Shown piece by piece: positions 63,162 to 64,000 of a stretch of 64,000 nucleotides of DNA. Numbering within the stretch: the stretch's first letter is position 1; every line of letters begins with the position of its first letter. Origin of the DNA: an uncultured delta proteobacterium (GTDB lineage: Bacteria > Desulfobacterota > Desulfuromonadia > Desulfuromonadales > JACZKF01); assembly GCA_963816395.1 (NCBI GenBank), contig CAWFKQ010000015.1:1-64000 (forward strand). The letters run 5' to 3'. Below the pieces are notes generated by a model. That model made no database searches. It saw nothing but the letters and a program-made list of their open reading frames with translations, and was not told the DNA's origin. The translations under genes were made by a program, and so were the position numbers.

Positions 63162-63658
63162 AACTGCCGGAAAGGGAAACCTACCTGGTCGGGGTCGTTT
63201 CCGACACCCATGGGCTGGTGCGCCCCGAGGCGCTGTCAGCCCTGCAGGGGGTGGACGTCATCCTCCACGCCGGCGATGTGGGGGGCCCCCATGTTCTGCA
63301 GGCGCTGGCGGCTCTCGCGCCGGTGGCCGCGGTGCGCGGCAATGTCGACCGGGATACCTGGGGCCTTTCTCTGCCGGAAACGGCAGTGGTGGAACTCGGC
63401 GGCACCCTTATCTATCTGCTGCACGATCTTGATCGCCTTGACCTCGATCCGCCGGCGGCCGGCTTTCATGCCGTCGTCAGCGGCCATTCCCATCTCCCTG
63501 CCCAGTCGCGCCGGGGGGGCGTCCTCTATCTGAACCCCGGCAGCATCGGTCCGCGGCGCTTTCGCCTGCCGGTATCGCTGGCCCTGCTGCAGGTGCGGGG
63601 CACCACCCTCCAGCCACGCTTCCTTCAATTCGACGGCAAGCAGGTTCTCCCTTCCTGA
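63158..63658 (+). CDS. Calcineurin-like metallophosphoesterase (YfcE-like)
   Basis: SDTH, HAGD, RGNVD, GHSH, NPGS. Confidence 0.9.
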   Translation: MKLPERETYLVGVVSDTHGLVRPEALSALQGVDVILHAGDVGGPHVLQALAALAPVAAVRGNVDRDTWGLSLPETAVVELGGTLIYLLHDLDRLDLDPPAAGFHAVVSGHSHLPAQSRRGGVLYLNPGSIGPRRFRLPVSLALLQVRGTTLQPRFLQFDGKQVLPS

Positions 63659-63855
63659 CCGATTCCCCCGCTCGCCCTCCCCACGAAAAAATCCTAGAAC
63701 TTTTTTCCTTAAAAATAACAAACAGATAGGCGCGATCGGCCGGACAAATCGGCCGTCCAGAAGAAAAAAAACAGGCCAGAAGGAGGCGAAACCGATTTTT
63801 CGCGCTATTAAATTAAGTGCTGCTCATTACTGCTGCAAAGGACTGCCACCACGAA

Positions 63856-64000
63856 ATGAATCGGCTTGCAGCAGGATTGATATTTTTCTTTTTCTGTCCT
63901 GACGGCGGCCTCGGCAGTGCCTGCCATCGAAATCCATCCCTACTATACCCGCAACCAGAGCCCCCTGGTGCAGATCTTCGGGCTTCCTCCGGCCGAAGGG
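63856..64000 (+). CDS. Exported protein, possibly DUF3187-like; runs off the window
   Basis: MNRLAAGLIFFFSVLTAASAVPA-IEIHPYYTRNQSPLVQIFGLP. Confidence 0.5.
   Translation, partial: MNRLAAGLIFFFFCPDGGLGSACHRNPSLLYPQPEPPGADLRASSGRR

Overview
GC-rich bacterial chromosome segment, probably Desulfuromonadales/Geobacter-like (inferred from gene content and intergenic repeats). Many genes are broken by single-base indels that look like long-read errors. From left to right: M23 peptidase (partial), M20 peptidase and aminotransferase; a lower-GC island of three exported proteins beside tRNA-Leu(CAA); a Wsp-like chemosensory operon; an M16C peptidase; a stress/carbohydrate cluster (Zn-ADH, PAS kinase, GT4, amylo-alpha-1,6-glucosidase, three PRC-barrel proteins, hemerythrin, PAP2, M50-CBS); a RelA/SpoT-TPR protein; a type III restriction-modification locus; Hsp20 and ppa; a cDPGS/ArcE-like gene with carbamate kinase; a glycoside hydrolase; three tandem VapBC-type modules; a LOR/SDH-type protein; a second GT4-GDE-PfkB cluster; feoAAB with an OprB porin; and two phosphoesterases. 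The most unusual feature is in the type III mod gene: its C-terminal region is interrupted by a four-helix-bundle (23S rRNA IVP/Avd-like) gene enclosed by complementary heptamer arrays, and the base of the predicted stem falls at the host-gene junction. Cargo-less heptamer/octamer arrays occur elsewhere in the window. An ATPase plus nuclease-like gene pair also sits between mod and res. All product calls come from motifs read by eye; no database searches were run.
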